From an uncultured Pseudomonadales bacterium (lineage in GTDB: Bacteria; Patescibacteriota; Microgenomatia; UBA1400; PJMF01), in contig CAZUHV010000001.1 in the NCBI GenBank assembly GCA_964620965.1, positions 445,171-509,170 of the forward strand: a stretch of 64,000 nt of DNA. Reading direction: 5' to 3'. The notes below the pieces were generated by a model, which was given only the letters and a program-made list of their open reading frames with translations, made no database searches and had not been told where the DNA came from. The first letter of the stretch is position 1. The number at the start of each line of letters is the position of its first letter. The position numbers were made by a program, and so were the translations under genes. Below are positions 62,888 through 64,000 of the stretch, piece by piece.

Positions 62888-64000
62888 TTAACCATTAGCT
62901 ATATCCATTATCTCTTGGAATAATTGAGGATTTCTATTAAGTTCATCAATTGTGCTTGAAACAACTCCTTCTGTAGAATTAAGATGTATCAATACTTCTT
63001 GAATATCAGTTAGTTCTTTACCTGCATTAAAAGCATTTATGGCTTCATCTATTTGAGGGGCAAGATTTTCAATTTGGTCTTCAGAAAAGAACCAGCCAAC
63101 CGCACCATCAGGAAGAGTTCCGCCTAATTCATGAGGAATTGCAAATGAAGAATCAGCTCTTATAGTGCCCACATCCACATTTGCGTTAAGTGCTCTATAG
63201 AGGTTTTTAATAACATTTGTTGTTCCATTAATGTTTGTTACCTCAAGTGCATTATTGTGCCTAATTGAGCTCATAATAGCATCCCAAGGAAGCTTATCAT
63301 TGCCAAGATCTCTAAGCTCTGCTGCAGATTCTGACAAAACTGTTGGTGTTTCAGCTGTTGTAGTCGAGCTAGGAACCCCAACATGAGTAACTGTTTCAGG
63401 AGTGTGTTCCACAGGTGGAACTTCAGTACTGGAAGGTACATCAGTTGCATCTTGATCGTCAGGAACTTTTGGAAATTTGTCAGTTTCAACAGAATGGTGC
63501 ATTTCTGAATCTTCAACATCAGAGCTAGCAACACTGTCTAAATCTTCGCTTTGAACCTGCTGATCAACTTCTTGTGTATGCTCAGCCTTGAATTTTTCAG
63601 CATCAAAATGTGCAATTTTATCTACAAGCTTAGTAATAAATCCAGCAGTAACAAATGTTGCTACTGCAGAACCAGATACTGCAAATGTCTTTCGCAGTTT
63701 ATCCTTACCTTTTCTGTCAACATCATTGTATTCTTCATCCCAATCTTTTTTAAATCCTTCTTGGTTCCAAGAAATACTTGATTTTATTTGTCCAGATTGA
63801 ACAAGCTCGTTCAAAACTCTGTGTAATTGAGCCATCATTTCTGGAGTATGTGCTTTATTTACTTTATTCCATCCAGATCCTTCTTGACCATATACATCTA
63901 TATCTCCATAATTTCCCATTACTCTTAAACGAGCTAACGTCTTACCTAAGTTTAATACATCGTTTGTATCAATTTTTCTATTAGTAAATGCAGCAAGAAT
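62888..64000 (-). CDS. Large hypothetical protein, C-terminal part (runs off window end)
   Basis: Frame stays open upstream of the 63919 ATG to 64000; hydrophobic segment followed by a Pro/Thr/acidic linker. Confidence 0.7.
   Translation of the reverse strand: MLAAFTNRKIDTNDVLNLGKTLARLRVMGNYGDIDVYGQEGSGWNKVNKAHTPEMMAQLHRVLNELVQSGQIKSSISWNQEGFKKDWDEEYNDVDRKGKDKLRKTFAVSGSAVATFVTAGFITKLVDKIAHFDAEKFKAEHTQEVDQQVQSEDLDSVASSDVEDSEMHHSVETDKFPKVPDDQDATDVPSSTEVPPVEHTPETVTHVGVPSSTTTAETPTVLSESAAELRDLGNDKLPWDAIMSSIRHNNALEVTNINGTTNVIKNLYRALNANVDVGTIRADSSFAIPHELGGTLPDGAVGWFFSEDQIENLAPQIDEAINAFNAGKELTDIQEVLIHLNSTEGVVSSTIDELNRNPQLFQEIMDIANG

Overview
64 kb of AT-rich, densely coding bacterial chromosome, standard genetic code, mostly minus-strand genes. 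Short IF-2, zinc-finger-less DnaJ, short SufD, a stand-alone 5'-3' exonuclease and no amino-acid biosynthesis genes point to a Patescibacteria (CPR), probably Microgenomates-type, genome (inference). Core content: pentose-phosphate genes, a SUF Fe-S operon with an intein in sufB, ferredoxin/FNR, sodA, nusA-infB-rpsO...pnp, hrcA-grpE-dnaK-dnaJ, groSL, ftsH, trpS, a Xer-type recombinase, yidC, a tsaC-tsaE fusion plus tsaD, and two CAU tRNAs. Most notable signals: (1) a classic ribosome-dependent Trp attenuator (leader peptide MKNIQTTTSRMWWTS with 1:2, 2:3 and 3:4 hairpins) upstream of trpS, missed by the ORF track; (2) a 6-gene island pairing a PheRS-like ligase with an altered amino-acid pocket with amino-sugar enzymes, WbqC and a nucleotidyltransferase, but no glycosyltransferase; (3) a non-canonical initiator-type tRNA followed by a 143-bp segment ending in a copy of the tRNA 3' end; (4) many apparently leaderless promoters; (5) variant CIRCE operators; (6) several long structured leaders. 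All calls come from reading motifs by eye; no searches were run.
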